From the human T2T-CHM13v2.0 reference genome, Homo sapiens, in the NCBI RefSeq assembly GCF_009914755.1, contig NC_060927.1: a stretch of 64,000 nt of DNA. The stretch is one strand, 5' to 3'. The position numbers and the translations under genes are program-made. The notes below the pieces were generated by a model. The model had not been told where the DNA came from. It worked only from the letters and a program-made list of their open reading frames with translations, and ran no database searches. Positions 62,701-64,000 of this stretch are shown here, one piece after another. How positions within the stretch are numbered: the first letter of the stretch is position 1; each line of letters begins with the position of its first letter.

Positions 62701-63870
62701 GTGGGAGTTAAATAACCAACAGGACTTCTCAACTAAGAATGATCAAGTAACCATAATACCATAAGAAGTTAGTGGGCAACAAGGGGAGGAATGAATTTAC
62801 CAATGGCCACATGTTCCATCCCTCATATCCTGCTGTCTTTGATGGGGTCTCATGTCAACATGCACACATGGTGTTCATTCTTATTGGTCATATATGTTAC
62901 TTCTCCACCCAGTCTTGTCTACACACTCACGAACAGTACATGTCTGTGACTGGACAAATCTCCGTACACAGAACCTTTATTACCCAGGATTGTATTTCCC
63001 TTCTTCACTTCTTCCTTGGTTTTATGACCTAAGAAACTTCCATTTATGGGTGCTACTTCCGTCATACCCAGAGGTTATGGGTGTGATGGAGCTATGCACG
63101 TCTCTTCTTCAATTTCTCTGATACTCTCCAGTCCACAATTTGTTGTAATATATAGTCACTGAGTCTCAATTCCAATCACCATCCTTTCTTTGAACAGCTT
63201 TTCTCCAAAGCCCATCTATAGGGCTAGAAACAGAGAAAGGTTTCTGGGAGGAAAGAGGGAGAGAATATGGTAAAGTAATAGCACTATGGAGCAAGTAGAG
63301 TTGGGGCACCCAATGAAAAGGTAGACACAAAGGCTGTGCACAAAGGACCACCATTTCCTGATCTCTGGCCTGTCTCCGCCTCTCAGGTCCCTGGACTCCA
63401 GAGACTCAGCTACATGTTTCCTTAGGCATCTCTCCTTGCTCTTGTGCCAAACCCTCTCCTCTAGCACATCTCATATTCCACCACTTTCCAAGGCTGAGTG
63501 TGTACCTCCAACCCAGGGGTAGCTAATAGAGGTGGAGAGCTCATCAGGCAAGGCACTCTGTCTGCTCTTAAATCCCACAACCCCATTCCCTGGCACACAC
63601 CCAGTCCGCGCTCCTCTGTCCACACGAGTGTGCTCTCTTTGCTTCTATACTGGGAGTCATCAAAAAACTTATTTCCTGATCCCAATCTGTTGGGAAAGAT
63701 TTCTAAACATTTTTCTATCATTTTCCTTTTCCTGGAAAAGTCCCACTATACAGTAAGTTCCAGAAGGACAGGGACTATATCTTATTTGTCTTTATTTTTT
63801 GGAAAGCACCTAGCATACTGCCTGGCCCATAGGTACTCAATAAATGCTTGCTGAATAAATCAGTGGGTGA

Positions 63871-63924
63871 ATGAGAGAAAGAAAGGGAGAAGGAAGGAAA
63901 AAGAAAGAGAAAGGAAGAAAGGAA

Positions 63925-63958
<34 letters not shown>

Positions 63959-63967
63959 AAGAAAGAG

Positions 63968-63998
<31 letters not shown>

Positions 63999-64000
63999 AA
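63871..64000. repeat. (GAAA)n / purine-rich simple repeat, runs to the window end
   Basis: Seen directly. Confidence 0.97.

Overview
Primate (human-type) genomic DNA from the CD80-ADPRH-PLA1A cluster (chr3q13.33 by established gene order). Minus strand: CD80 exons 1-3 (5'UTR, signal peptide, IgV domain), its promoter, and a kB-containing enhancer ~3 kb upstream. A full-length, TSD-flanked, ORF-disrupted L1PA (L1PA5-like, ~6.2 kb) lies just beyond that enhancer. Plus strand: the complete ADPRH gene (CpG island, 5'UTR exons, three coding exons giving 357 aa, ~2 kb 3'UTR) and PLA1A exons 1-2. The rest is Alu, old L1/L2/MIR, LTR and hAT repeats; repeat subfamily calls are from memory of consensus sequences and boundaries are approximate. 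I cannot demonstrate a new biological system. The best leads are: (i) several locally templated, inverted insertion scars, including a 20-nt segment copied from 1.6 kb away into an AluY and a cluster lying between inverted Alus; (ii) an L1 5'UTR with altered YY1 and putative ZNF93 sites, its two promoters facing CD80 and ADPRH; (iii) NF-kB/ISRE/BCL6-STAT motif clusters between the genes; (iv) a phase-compatible alternative PLA1A exon lacking the signal peptide; (v) an intronic ORF starting with a ubiquitin-like N-terminus.
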